Source: Candidatus Eiseniibacteriota bacterium (GTDB lineage Bacteria > Eisenbacteria > RBG-16-71-46 > CAIMUX01 > VGJL01). Taken from it: DNA of 64,000 nt. Position 1 is the first letter of the stretch. Every line of letters starts with the position of its first letter. Location of the stretch: positions 256,001-320,000 of the forward strand of contig CAWBWI010000003.1 of assembly GCA_963792585.1 (NCBI GenBank), given 5' to 3'. Positions 33,324 to 42,483 of the stretch are shown here, in pieces. The notes under the pieces are model-generated. The model did no database searches, was not told the origin of the DNA, and was given only the letters and a program-made list of their open reading frames with translations. A program made the position numbers and the translations under genes.

Positions 33324-34222
33324 CGCACCCGCATCATCCCTCGCCCAACCGGCTGCGGTGGGTCCTGTTGATGACGGCGATCCTGATGGTTGTCGAATTC
33401 GCGGGTGGGCTGCTCTCCAATAGCCTGGCGCTCCTGTCCGACTCCGGGCACATGCTTTCGGATGTGACGGCGCTCAGTCTCGCTTGGTTTGCCATCGTAC
33501 AAATGAAACGCCCTCCGGACGATCGTCGCAGCTATGGCTACCATCGACTCGAGGTCGTATCCGCGCTCTTGAACGGCGCGCTTCTCTGCGCGGTCGCTCT
33601 TCTCGTCTGGACGAACGCCTATCGCCGGCTGCACGAGCCACCCGAGATCCGCAGCGGGTTGATGCTCGCCGTCGCGGTTGTGGGCCTGGCGGTCAACGTG
33701 GCCGGTATCGCGCTACTGCGTCGAGAGAGCACGAAGAGCATAGGCGTGCGGGGAGCGTTCCTGCATGTGGTGGGGGATACCGTCGGCAGCGTCGGAGCAA
33801 TCGTCGCTGCGGTCGTCATCCGTGCGACGGGGTGGATGACGATCGACGCGATCGTCAGCTTCGCGATCGGCGGACTGATCGTGTTTTCCGGCAGCCATCT
33901 GATCCGGGAGAGCCTCCACATCCTCCTCGAAGGAGTGCCCAGACACATCCGGCTTCCAGAGGTCGAGCTGGAATTGCAGAAGCTGGACGGGATCGTCGGG
34001 TTGCATGATCTCCACGTGTGGCGAATCGGAAGCAACTTCGATACGCTGACCGTGCACCTTGTGGTGGGGGACATCGAGGAGGGCAACCGGAGAAAGGACG
34101 CGGCGCGCGCGATGCTGCACGAGCGATTCGGGATCGAGCACTGCACGATCGAGGTCGAGGGTCCCGGGGAACACGTCGGGATCGATTGCTCCCGACCTGC
34201 CCGATGGGGAGCGAATGGCTGA
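33320..34222 (+). CDS. Cation diffusion facilitator (CzcD/ZitB-like)
   Basis: SLALLSDSGHMLSD, YGYHRLE, FLHVVGD, HDLHVW. Confidence 0.92.
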   Translation: MTHPHHPSPNRLRWVLLMTAILMVVEFAGGLLSNSLALLSDSGHMLSDVTALSLAWFAIVQMKRPPDDRRSYGYHRLEVVSALLNGALLCAVALLVWTNAYRRLHEPPEIRSGLMLAVAVVGLAVNVAGIALLRRESTKSIGVRGAFLHVVGDTVGSVGAIVAAVVIRATGWMTIDAIVSFAIGGLIVFSGSHLIRESLHILLEGVPRHIRLPEVELELQKLDGIVGLHDLHVWRIGSNFDTLTVHLVVGDIEEGNRRKDAARAMLHERFGIEHCTIEVEGPGEHVGIDCSRPARWGANG

Positions 34223-35204
34223 GCGGCCCGATGCGCGTCCGTTAGTCGGCCTCTCCGATGCGGGCCCCGACGTGCCGGCTCACCGGATCGAGGGAGAGGA
34301 AGCGATCCGGGCGCAACTTGCGGCTGGGTGCCCGATCTGGATCGACGTCGAGGATCCGAGCGACGCCGAAATCGAACAGATCCAGAGAATCTTTCCGTTC
34401 CACCCCCTCGCCGTGGAAGATATCCAGCACGCGATCCAGCGGCCAAAACTCGAGGAGTACGACCGCCACATCTTCGTCGTCGCCTTCGGTTTCCTTGCAG
34501 AGGAGGGGACCCGGTTTGCGACCCTCGAGGTCGACGCATTCCTTGGGGAGGGATACCTCGTCACGTTTCACGAAGGGCCCGTGCCGGCGATCCGCGATGT
34601 CGCCGATCGCTGCTGCAGAGGTCTCCTTGCGTTTGAGAAAGGCACGGATCGTGTCCTCCATGCAATCCTCGATGGATTGATCGACTCCGCTTTCCCAGTC
34701 CTCGACGCGCTCGACCAGAGGACCGAGCAGATAGAGCATCGGATCCTGAAGTCGAACGATGCGGATCTTCTGGGGGAGATCTTCTCGACGAGGAAGGATC
34801 TTCTGGTCTTCCGCAGGATGCTGATGCCCCACCGGGAGGTTCTTGGACACCTCTCGTCGCGCGAGTACCCGTGGGTGACGCCTTCGGTCCGAATGTACTT
34901 CCGTGACGTCTACGACCACGTGATGAGGGTCACCGAGTCCGCGGACAATTTCCGGGAGCTCCTCGACACGGGGGTCGAGACCTATTTGAGCCAGGCTGCG
35001 GAGCGGACCAATCAGGTCATGAAGCTCCTGGCGATTATCGCCACGCTCGGTCTACCGCTCACGGTGCTTACGAGTTTCTACGGAATGAACTTCGAGCACC
35101 TCCCTGGACTGCATCATCCCTCGGGTGTGCTCGTGTTGACCGTGGTGATGCTGGGAATCGAAGCTGCGCTCCTCTTCGTCTTCCGCAGGAAGGGATGGCT
35201 GTGA
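34215..35204 (+). CDS. corA: CorA-family Mg/Co transporter
   Basis: HPLAVED, QRPKLEEY, YFRDVYDH, NQVMKLL, YGMNF signature, two C-terminal TMs. Confidence 0.92.
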   Translation: MAERPDARPLVGLSDAGPDVPAHRIEGEEAIRAQLAAGCPIWIDVEDPSDAEIEQIQRIFPFHPLAVEDIQHAIQRPKLEEYDRHIFVVAFGFLAEEGTRFATLEVDAFLGEGYLVTFHEGPVPAIRDVADRCCRGLLAFEKGTDRVLHAILDGLIDSAFPVLDALDQRTEQIEHRILKSNDADLLGEIFSTRKDLLVFRRMLMPHREVLGHLSSREYPWVTPSVRMYFRDVYDHVMRVTESADNFRELLDTGVETYLSQAAERTNQVMKLLAIIATLGLPLTVLTSFYGMNFEHLPGLHHPSGVLVLTVVMLGIEAALLFVFRRKGWL

Positions 35205-37021
35205 AACGAACCGTATTCGAGATCGTCGCGCCGCTGATACTTCTCATCGCTGCGTTTGCGCTCTATGGGGGCGCGATCCCGCATCCGCGTGTCCTGGACG
35301 AGGAGGAACTGGTCTGGGGTAACCCCGCCGTGAACGGACGGAGCCCCGCGCAAGTGCTCGAGGGGCGCTGGCAGGCGGGGGACTATCGGCCCCAGGTGCG
35401 GCCCGTCGCAACCCTCTTCCGCGCGGCGGAGCACCTGTTTCACGACTTCGATCGGGGCAAGTATCAACGGGATCAGATTCTCCTCCACGGAATCGCAGCA
35501 TTCATTGCCTATCTCTTGTTGCGACGCTGGCTCCGATCGCGGACGGCCGGATTCCTTGGGGCCGTGCTCTTCGTGGCGCATCCAGCGGCGGGCCACTCAG
35601 TCCTCTACCTCGGGGGTCTGTCCGAAATCCTCTCCACGATCTTCGGTCTGCTTTGCCTGCTGTCCCTGAGGTCCGACGTGAGGCCGACCCGGGGAAGACT
35701 CGCCGTGGTCGGCGCGTTCGTGTTCCTGGCTATCCTCAGTAAGGAAATCGGTTTTCTGATTCCTCTGATCGCCGGCGGCGTGCTCCTCGCCGCCAGGCCC
35801 GTCGCGACGACAAGGCGGGCTTACGCCATGGCCCTCGGCCTCGGGCTCCTTGCGGCTCTCGTCTATCGAATTGGGGCTCTAGCGGCAGTCCCGGAGATCC
35901 AACGGCGGATCCCCGCGATTGATCCAACCACCGCGCTTTCGTTCTTCCCGCTCATCCTCCAATCAATCGCCGGTATTGCGGTCGAGACGAGCGTGCTCCT
36001 CGCGCCGACCCGGCTAAGTGTCGACTACTCCTGGCTGCTGACCCTGCGTGGTGCGCCGCTGTTCGGGCTCGCCGGAATCGGCCTCTTGATCTTGGTGGGA
36101 GGGGCATTGCTGATTCGCCGTAGCAGAAGACCAGAGACGACCGGGCTGGCGCTTCTCTGTTTGCTGCCGATGCTCGGGGCGGCCCTGCTTCCGGGCGCGC
36201 ACGGTTCGGTCGCGGGGGAGCGGATCCTCTACTTCGGGCTCGCCGGTTGGTGCGGACTTCTCATCCTTCTGGGCCAGGCAATCGCTGCCCGCCGTCCGAC
36301 CCTCGCACCAATCCTCGCCGGGCTCGCCGTCGGGCTTGCGATTCTCGTCGGCGCCCGCTCGTACGTGCGGATTCCCGATTTCGCGAGTGATGAGAAGATC
36401 CTCGCGTCGGCGCGGAGCAGCTATCCCGCCAACCCGCAAATCCTGTATGTGATCGGAAACTCGCGGCTCAGCCTAGGCGACTATGCGGGCGCCAGACCCT
36501 ACTACGAGGAGGCGCTCAAGCTTCGTCCGGACTTTCCCATCTGCTCGCTCAATCTAGCCACGACCTACTTGGGGGAGGAAGCATATGGTCTCGCGCTGCG
36601 GATCCTGGATCCCGTTGCGGCACGCGTGAAGCACGTGCGGTCGCTCCGACAAGTGGATGCAAAGGCACACTATCATGCTGGCCTTGTTCTGATGCAGCAA
36701 TCCCGTTACATGGAGGCCGCCGAGGCGTTCGAACGCACGCTCCTCTTCTATCCGGACCACATCGGGGCGCTCGGGAATCTCGGATTGATCTATGTCAAGT
36801 CGGCGCCCTATTCCGAGCGGGGGATTCGACTCCTGAAGGTGGTCATCCAGCGCGAAACCGATGAGAAGCGCCTTGCGACCCTGCGAAAGGGCCTATCCAT
36901 GGCCGAAGACCTGCTTAATGAGTATGTCCAGCAGCGCGGAGGTCTTCCCTCGAAGCTCGAGCCGGAGGAGAAAGGGCTCTTGGGCGAGCCTTGGAAGAAG
37001 GCCGCGACGGAGGGGATGTAA
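35195..37021 (+). CDS. TMTC-like GT-C membrane glycosyltransferase with C-terminal TPRs
   Basis: LDEEELVWGNP, RPV, FVAHP, LSKE, PTRLSVDY, ERILY, then TPRs. Confidence 0.7.
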   Translation: MAVKRTVFEIVAPLILLIAAFALYGGAIPHPRVLDEEELVWGNPAVNGRSPAQVLEGRWQAGDYRPQVRPVATLFRAAEHLFHDFDRGKYQRDQILLHGIAAFIAYLLLRRWLRSRTAGFLGAVLFVAHPAAGHSVLYLGGLSEILSTIFGLLCLLSLRSDVRPTRGRLAVVGAFVFLAILSKEIGFLIPLIAGGVLLAARPVATTRRAYAMALGLGLLAALVYRIGALAAVPEIQRRIPAIDPTTALSFFPLILQSIAGIAVETSVLLAPTRLSVDYSWLLTLRGAPLFGLAGIGLLILVGGALLIRRSRRPETTGLALLCLLPMLGAALLPGAHGSVAGERILYFGLAGWCGLLILLGQAIAARRPTLAPILAGLAVGLAILVGARSYVRIPDFASDEKILASARSSYPANPQILYVIGNSRLSLGDYAGARPYYEEALKLRPDFPICSLNLATTYLGEEAYGLALRILDPVAARVKHVRSLRQVDAKAHYHAGLVLMQQSRYMEAAEAFERTLLFYPDHIGALGNLGLIYVKSAPYSERGIRLLKVVIQRETDEKRLATLRKGLSMAEDLLNEYVQQRGGLPSKLEPEEKGLLGEPWKKAATEGM

Positions 37022-37056
37022 GCGTCCGAGAACCAACGATGCGAAAACGAATCGTG

Positions 37057-38904
37057 TTAGTGATCCACGTTCGAAAGTGCCTGGATACGCGTGATTCCGC
37101 GATGCGCTTCGGTTGCCGCAGGGGTATCGGGCGCCAGGATCGCGATGCGGTTGTACATCGATAGTGCCGACTGCTGGTCCCCTAGAGCCTCCGCGAGGCG
37201 GCCCTTCTTGTACTCGAGATCGGCGAGAGTGGCCAGACGTTGGCGAAACCTCGGCGCCGTCGGCGAAGTCCCGTGCGTCTGGACGAAGCGACCTACCATC
37301 TCGATTCGCTTCAGCGTGTCCGCCAGAGCCTCCATTCGGGCGCCGGCCGCGGCGAGGATCTCGGGATCCCTCGCGCGATCGATCAGCCTCTGCACGACCT
37401 CCGGATCGGCGACCTGCGGGAGTGTCCGCAAGATCTCAGCGCGCCCGCGGACGGCGTCCGTCGAATCGTTGCCGGTCGAAGATCGATCGGTTGTCGGCTC
37501 GGAATCCGCACCGCTCGCGAAGGACGCAAGCCGGGCCAGAGCAAGGTCCGGCCGCCAGCTGCTTCGATAAGCCCGGGCGAGACGGAGGCGGATTCGATTC
37601 GCCTCTGGTCGATCCGGGAAGTTACGGACAAAACCCTCGAGTATCCCCGTGCTCGCCCCGGGTTGTTCGATCGCCTCCAGGTAGCCGGCAAGCAACCCGA
37701 GCCTCAATGCTTCGATCGAGTCACGCGCCGCGATGGCGCGGGCCATGATCTGACGATCCACACGAGCCCTTTCGCCGGCGGCAAGCAAGCTATCGTACTG
37801 GGCCCTTAGAGGTCCGTAGGAACGAAGCAGCGGCGGGCGGCGGCCTGTTCGATCCCCGCGAAAGCGCAGCAGTTTCTCGTGGACCGTGAAGCTGGAACCC
37901 TCAGCGGTGCCCGCATGCAGGGCGAGTTCGAATAGGTAGGAAGCGAGCCGTTCATCCTTGAATGCCGTGGCCGCGGAGGCGAGTCCCTGTTGCACGCCGA
38001 GCCGATAGGCAGCGACCTCGCTTCTAGACGGACCCTCGTCCGATCCAGGACGCACAGCGCGGGCGGAGGCCACGCGGTCTACGAAGTACGGATGGGTCCT
38101 CCAGTAGCCATACTCCCGATCCTCGAAGATTCGATCATGGAGTTTGACCATGAGAGCCTCGCCTGCCTGGCGCGGGTATCCGGCAAGAGCGGCCAATCGT
38201 CTGCCGCCGTCGTCAGCCTCCATTTCGAGCTTCCTGCTGAATCCCCTCAGAAGGAGTTCGTGGAACACGCTTCCGAATACGACCGATCCCTGCAGAACAG
38301 CGTCGGTCGACGACTGCGGGTAGTTGTACGATCCTGGCGACTCGATTACCGGACCCGAGTTCGAAGAAGATGGACCCGCTAGCGAAATAGCGACCATGAG
38401 GGCCGTCTGGAGGAGTGAGAGCAGCCCATCGAGCCGACCTTGGCGGGAAAAATCTTTGTGTGTGACATGGGAGATCTCGTGACCGAGCAGGTGAGCGAGT
38501 TCGGCGTCACTCAGACCGACATCGAGGATCCCCTTCGTAATGAATACCCACCCGCCGGGAAGCGCGAGCGCGTTTGGTTCGTCCATATCGAGGATCTGAA
38601 AGGTAAAGAGCATGTCAGGATGACCGACACCCAGAGCGACCCGGTAGCCGACGTCGTTGATCCTGCGGACAAGGGAGTCTGATTCGATGAGGCCGAAATT
38701 GGCTGCGATCATGCGCGACGCCTCGAGACCGAGAACGAAGTCCGACGGCAGATCGGCGTCGGTGGCGTAGTCAATGGGTCGCTCTCGAGACTGCGCCGCC
38801 ACCCCACCCGCAAACGCCGCGATCGAAACCACGATGCAAAACAGCGCGGGGAGAAGAGAGACGCGGATCGCGACTCCGCGGATGCCGATGCCGGTCCGGG
38901 TCAT
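37057..38904 (-). CDS. M48 family metalloprotease with long helical C-terminus (in frame with upstream mscS in this sequence)
   Basis: Signal-peptide-like stretch after ATG 38904, NALALPGG, HEISH, EMEAD, THP. Confidence 0.8.
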   Translation of the reverse strand: MTRTGIGIRGVAIRVSLLPALFCIVVSIAAFAGGVAAQSRERPIDYATDADLPSDFVLGLEASRMIAANFGLIESDSLVRRINDVGYRVALGVGHPDMLFTFQILDMDEPNALALPGGWVFITKGILDVGLSDAELAHLLGHEISHVTHKDFSRQGRLDGLLSLLQTALMVAISLAGPSSSNSGPVIESPGSYNYPQSSTDAVLQGSVVFGSVFHELLLRGFSRKLEMEADDGGRRLAALAGYPRQAGEALMVKLHDRIFEDREYGYWRTHPYFVDRVASARAVRPGSDEGPSRSEVAAYRLGVQQGLASAATAFKDERLASYLFELALHAGTAEGSSFTVHEKLLRFRGDRTGRRPPLLRSYGPLRAQYDSLLAAGERARVDRQIMARAIAARDSIEALRLGLLAGYLEAIEQPGASTGILEGFVRNFPDRPEANRIRLRLARAYRSSWRPDLALARLASFASGADSEPTTDRSSTGNDSTDAVRGRAEILRTLPQVADPEVVQRLIDRARDPEILAAAGARMEALADTLKRIEMVGRFVQTHGTSPTAPRFRQRLATLADLEYKKGRLAEALGDQQSALSMYNRIAILAPDTPAATEAHRGITRIQALSNVDH

Positions 38905-40002
38905 GACGATCCGCTCCGGTCCGAAATTCGGGGGAGACGTCCGCGCGAAGATCTGTTCGAGTTCAGGCGCGTGAATCGTTCGCGTCGGGAATGGGAGGTC
39001 GATGCCTTCCTTACGGAGGCGGGCGAGGATCCTCTCGCGCAACTCGCTTTGAATCAGGAACTGGTCGGTGAAGGCGCTGACCCGTACGATCAGCAGGAAG
39101 CTCAGCCCGTTCTCGCCGAAGCCGGGACTGAATCGGGCGAGCGGCTCTAAATCCCCGATAAGTCCGGGCACCGCACCGATGGCGCCCCGTGCCTCCTCGA
39201 TGAGGATTCCCATGACTTGGACCGGATCGGCGCCTGTCGCGACGACCACCGGGATCGAACATGACATCGAAGGATCGGGCAGATTGTAGTTCGTCAGGAT
39301 CGATTCGGAGAGCCGCCCGTTCGGCACGATGATCAGGTTGTTTGCGAGCATCTGGATCCGTGTCGCCCGCCAACCGATCTGCTGAATGAAGCCTTCCTCC
39401 CCACTCTCGAGCTTGACATAGTCCCCCACCCGCACCGGTCGATCCGCGAAGAGGTAGACGCCCGCAAAGAAGTTCGACAGCGTGTCCTTGAGCGCGAGAC
39501 CGACCGCGAGGGAGCCGATTCCCAAGCTCGCGATCAACGGCTCGACCGCGATCCCAAGACTCTGGAGGAGCATCACGCCGCCAAGCGAGAGTACGACGAT
39601 CCGTCCGACGACGCGGACCATCACGGACGAGGGGGCGAGCGAGGGAGATTTGACCAGGACATCCTTCGAAATCCCATTGATCGTTCGGAGACCCACCGCC
39701 ACAAGCAGGACGGTGGAGAGGACGATCCAACCCCGATTGAGATAGGGATCCATCTCGCTGGAGAGGGGCAATGCCCGAAGTGCGAGCCAAGCACCGGCCA
39801 GACCGGCGGCGACGCACACGGGCGCACGGACCGCGCGGAGGATCACATCGTCCAATTCCGTTGGGGTTTTCTGCGTCGCCTTCGTGACGAGTTCGATGAC
39901 GAGACGCCCGACCCCGAGGCCGATGCCGCCGAACAACAAGACCACGGCCGGGCCGCCGAGGATCAGGGGAAGGGGGATTTCGATCCCGAACAACTCCGTC
40001 AT
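38901..40002 (-). CDS. Small-conductance mechanosensitive channel (MscS family)
   Basis: GIGSLAVGLALKDTLSNFFAG, RVGDYV, IGWRATRI, IVPN, GIDLPFPTR. Confidence 0.88.
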
Positions 40003-40017
40003 GGCGTGTTCCTCTTC

Positions 40018-41073
40018 CTACTTCTCTCCGCCGGACGCATCGGAGCCGATCGCCGCGCATGCGGTCGACAGAGAGATCGCTCCGGCCGCATACGCGTCCC
40101 AGTTCTTCCTGTACGATGCGGCACGGGTGGCGTCTGCGGGTAGAGACACGATGCCCTCCCAACCATAGATCTTCGCGAACTCCTTGGAGACCGCATACCG
40201 CAGAAGGGACCGCGAGAGATCCTTCGCAAGGTGGGGTGATTGGGAAGCCTTCACCGATCCCACCAACAACCGTGTCGCAGAGGCAGTGTTCTCTGGGGCA
40301 AGGGCATCGCATGCTTGCAGATATCCGCACAGGAGATCGACCGCCGCTTCCCTCTCGGCGACCGGCTGCGCCCGGGCGACGATGGTGGCAACGCCGCTCC
40401 TCACAACGGGATTCGAATCCGCGGGGGGCCCATCTCCTATCACCACCAGGATCCGTACGCGCGATGTGTCCGGAATGGGAATGACAAGAATCCTGCCGAG
40501 TTCGGCAAGCAGCGCCGACTCGTGAGGCCGGATCGCGCCCGTCACTGCTCCGATCCACGCGTCCACGCGGCGCTCACGCGCGGGCCAGGTCGTCGCGAGG
40601 AAGGACGGGTAATCCTGTTTGTACAAATCCCGCAAAGACACTCGAATTGAATCGGCCCGCGTGCCGCAGAGGGGACGCAACTCCACGGCGATCTGATCCA
40701 ATGCCGCGTCCAGCTCCTCGGGCGTGGTCACGCAGGAGAGTGCCGGATCGAGCCTCCTCCAAAGGAGTCGATCGATCGCCTCACGGTATTTCGGATTCTT
40801 CCGATGGGCGATGAGCACCGTATTCGCCGGAGTCCGGAGCGGGAGGCTCTCGGGAAGCTGTTCGGTCAATAGGGCAAGACGGGCTCCTGCGCTTCGTAGC
40901 GACGCGGATTCTCCGGGTAGGGTGTCGCCGGAACTGAAACCGCGGAGGGCTCCGTAGAAATCGGAAAGCGGCGCCGGACGAAGAACGGGCAACTGCGGGT
41001 CGCCACTTCCCGCTGCTGCCCGCCCGAAGGTCGCGACGGCAATGACCAGCCAGATTGTTAGGGTTCGGCCCAC
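40018..41073 (-). CDS. Hypothetical exported protein
   Basis: Long ORF between rocD and mscS on the same strand; signal-peptide-like N-terminus after GTG 41073; no recognised motif. Confidence 0.6.
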   Translation of the reverse strand: MGRTLTIWLVIAVATFGRAAAGSGDPQLPVLRPAPLSDFYGALRGFSSGDTLPGESASLRSAGARLALLTEQLPESLPLRTPANTVLIAHRKNPKYREAIDRLLWRRLDPALSCVTTPEELDAALDQIAVELRPLCGTRADSIRVSLRDLYKQDYPSFLATTWPARERRVDAWIGAVTGAIRPHESALLAELGRILVIPIPDTSRVRILVVIGDGPPADSNPVVRSGVATIVARAQPVAEREAAVDLLCGYLQACDALAPENTASATRLLVGSVKASQSPHLAKDLSRSLLRYAVSKEFAKIYGWEGIVSLPADATRAASYRKNWDAYAAGAISLSTACAAIGSDASGGEK

Positions 41074-41078
41074 TTGCG

Positions 41079-42284
41079 TCAGGCGAGAACTTTCGCCACC
41101 CGCTCGAGCATCCAGTCGATGTCCTCCTTGCGGATTACGAGAGGAGGCGCAAACCTGATGACCTGTTCGTGGGTTTCCTTGCACAGGATCCCGAGATCCC
41201 GCAGCTTCTCGCAGAACGGTCGCGCCGGGCCGGACGCGCGGAGAATCTCGACCCCGATGAGAAGGCCGCGGCCACGGACTTCCTTCACATGAGGCGAGGG
41301 GATTTCCCGTAGCTTCTGGGTGAAGTAGGCGCCGAGCTCAGCGCTTCGATCGACCAGCTTCTCTTCGACGATGACACGCATGGCCGCGCGTGCGACCGCG
41401 CAGCCCAACGGATTCCCGCCGAACGTCGAACCGTGGTCGCCAGGGCGAAAGACCGCCATGACCTCCTTGCTGGCCAGGATGGCGGATACCGGGTAGAGCC
41501 CGCCGCCCAGGGCCTTTCCCAGGATCAAGATGTCGGGATCCTTGATCCCCTCCCACTCACAGCAAAGGAGCCTGCCCGTCCGGCCGAATCCGGTTTGGAT
41601 CTCGTCGTCCATCCAGAGGATTCCGTGTTTGCGGCAGAGGTCATAGGTGCCCCGCAAATATCCGTCGGGGGGCACGAGAACACCCCCCTCGCCCTGGATC
41701 GGCTCGAAGAGAAAACCGACGGTATTGGGGGTAATCGCGTGCTCGAAGGCCTTCAGGTCCCCATAGGGCACCATCACGAAACCCGGGGTGAAGGGGCCAA
41801 AGCCATCACGGTACTGCTCTTCGCTGCTGAAGCCCACGATCGTGGTCGTGCGGCCATGGAAGTTGTTGGAGCAGACGATGATCTCGGCCTGCCCCTCCGG
41901 GACCTTCTTGGCCTTGTAGCCCCACTTGCGGCAGGCTTTGATGGCGGTCTCGACTGCCTCGGCGCCCGTGTTCATGGGCAATGCCGTCTCGAGTCCGCAT
42001 AACTCCGTCAGCTCCTTGAGGAAGGGGCCGAGTTGGTCGTTGTGGAACGCCCGCGAAGTCAAGGTGACCCGCCCGGCCTGCTCGACGAGGGCGGCGATGA
42101 TCTTCGGGTGGCGGTGCCCTTGATTGAGGGCGGAATAGGCCGACAGGCAGTCGAGGAACTTGCGTCCCTCCACGTCATGAACCCAAACCCCTTCCGCCTT
42201 CTCGATCACGACATCCAGCGGGTGGTAGTTGTGCGCTCCGTACGTCTCGGCAAGGTGGATCAGATCTTCTGTCCGCGTCGTCAT
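41079..42284 (-). CDS. rocD: Ornithine aminotransferase
   Basis: GAHNYHPL, LSAYSALNQGH, LTSRAF, MNTGAEAVETA, EPIQGEGG, DEIQTGFGRTG, GKALGGG, HGSTFGGNPL. Confidence 0.95.
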   Translation of the reverse strand: MTTRTEDLIHLAETYGAHNYHPLDVVIEKAEGVWVHDVEGRKFLDCLSAYSALNQGHRHPKIIAALVEQAGRVTLTSRAFHNDQLGPFLKELTELCGLETALPMNTGAEAVETAIKACRKWGYKAKKVPEGQAEIIVCSNNFHGRTTTIVGFSSEEQYRDGFGPFTPGFVMVPYGDLKAFEHAITPNTVGFLFEPIQGEGGVLVPPDGYLRGTYDLCRKHGILWMDDEIQTGFGRTGRLLCCEWEGIKDPDILILGKALGGGLYPVSAILASKEVMAVFRPGDHGSTFGGNPLGCAVARAAMRVIVEEKLVDRSAELGAYFTQKLREIPSPHVKEVRGRGLLIGVEILRASGPARPFCEKLRDLGILCKETHEQVIRFAPPLVIRKEDIDWMLERVAKVLA

Positions 42285-42483
42285 AGAACCCCTCCCCTCC
42301 AGTTTTGGGCCCATACCGAAGCAAGTCTAGCCGGGATCCGGGTGCCCGCGGTACCCCCGATCCACCCTTTCCGGTCCAGGCCCGGCGAGTCGAACCGTGG
42401 GCGACCGACGGCTTCCCGAATCGACCCAGCAAACTCTCTAACCCCTAAAGAAGCGAGCAGGTTCGAGCGATCATTGGAGAAGA

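Noticed and set aside
42445..42475. Sigma28-like promoter (TAAAG...GCGATCA) before the orphan kinase
   Set aside because: Poor -10 match and spacing.
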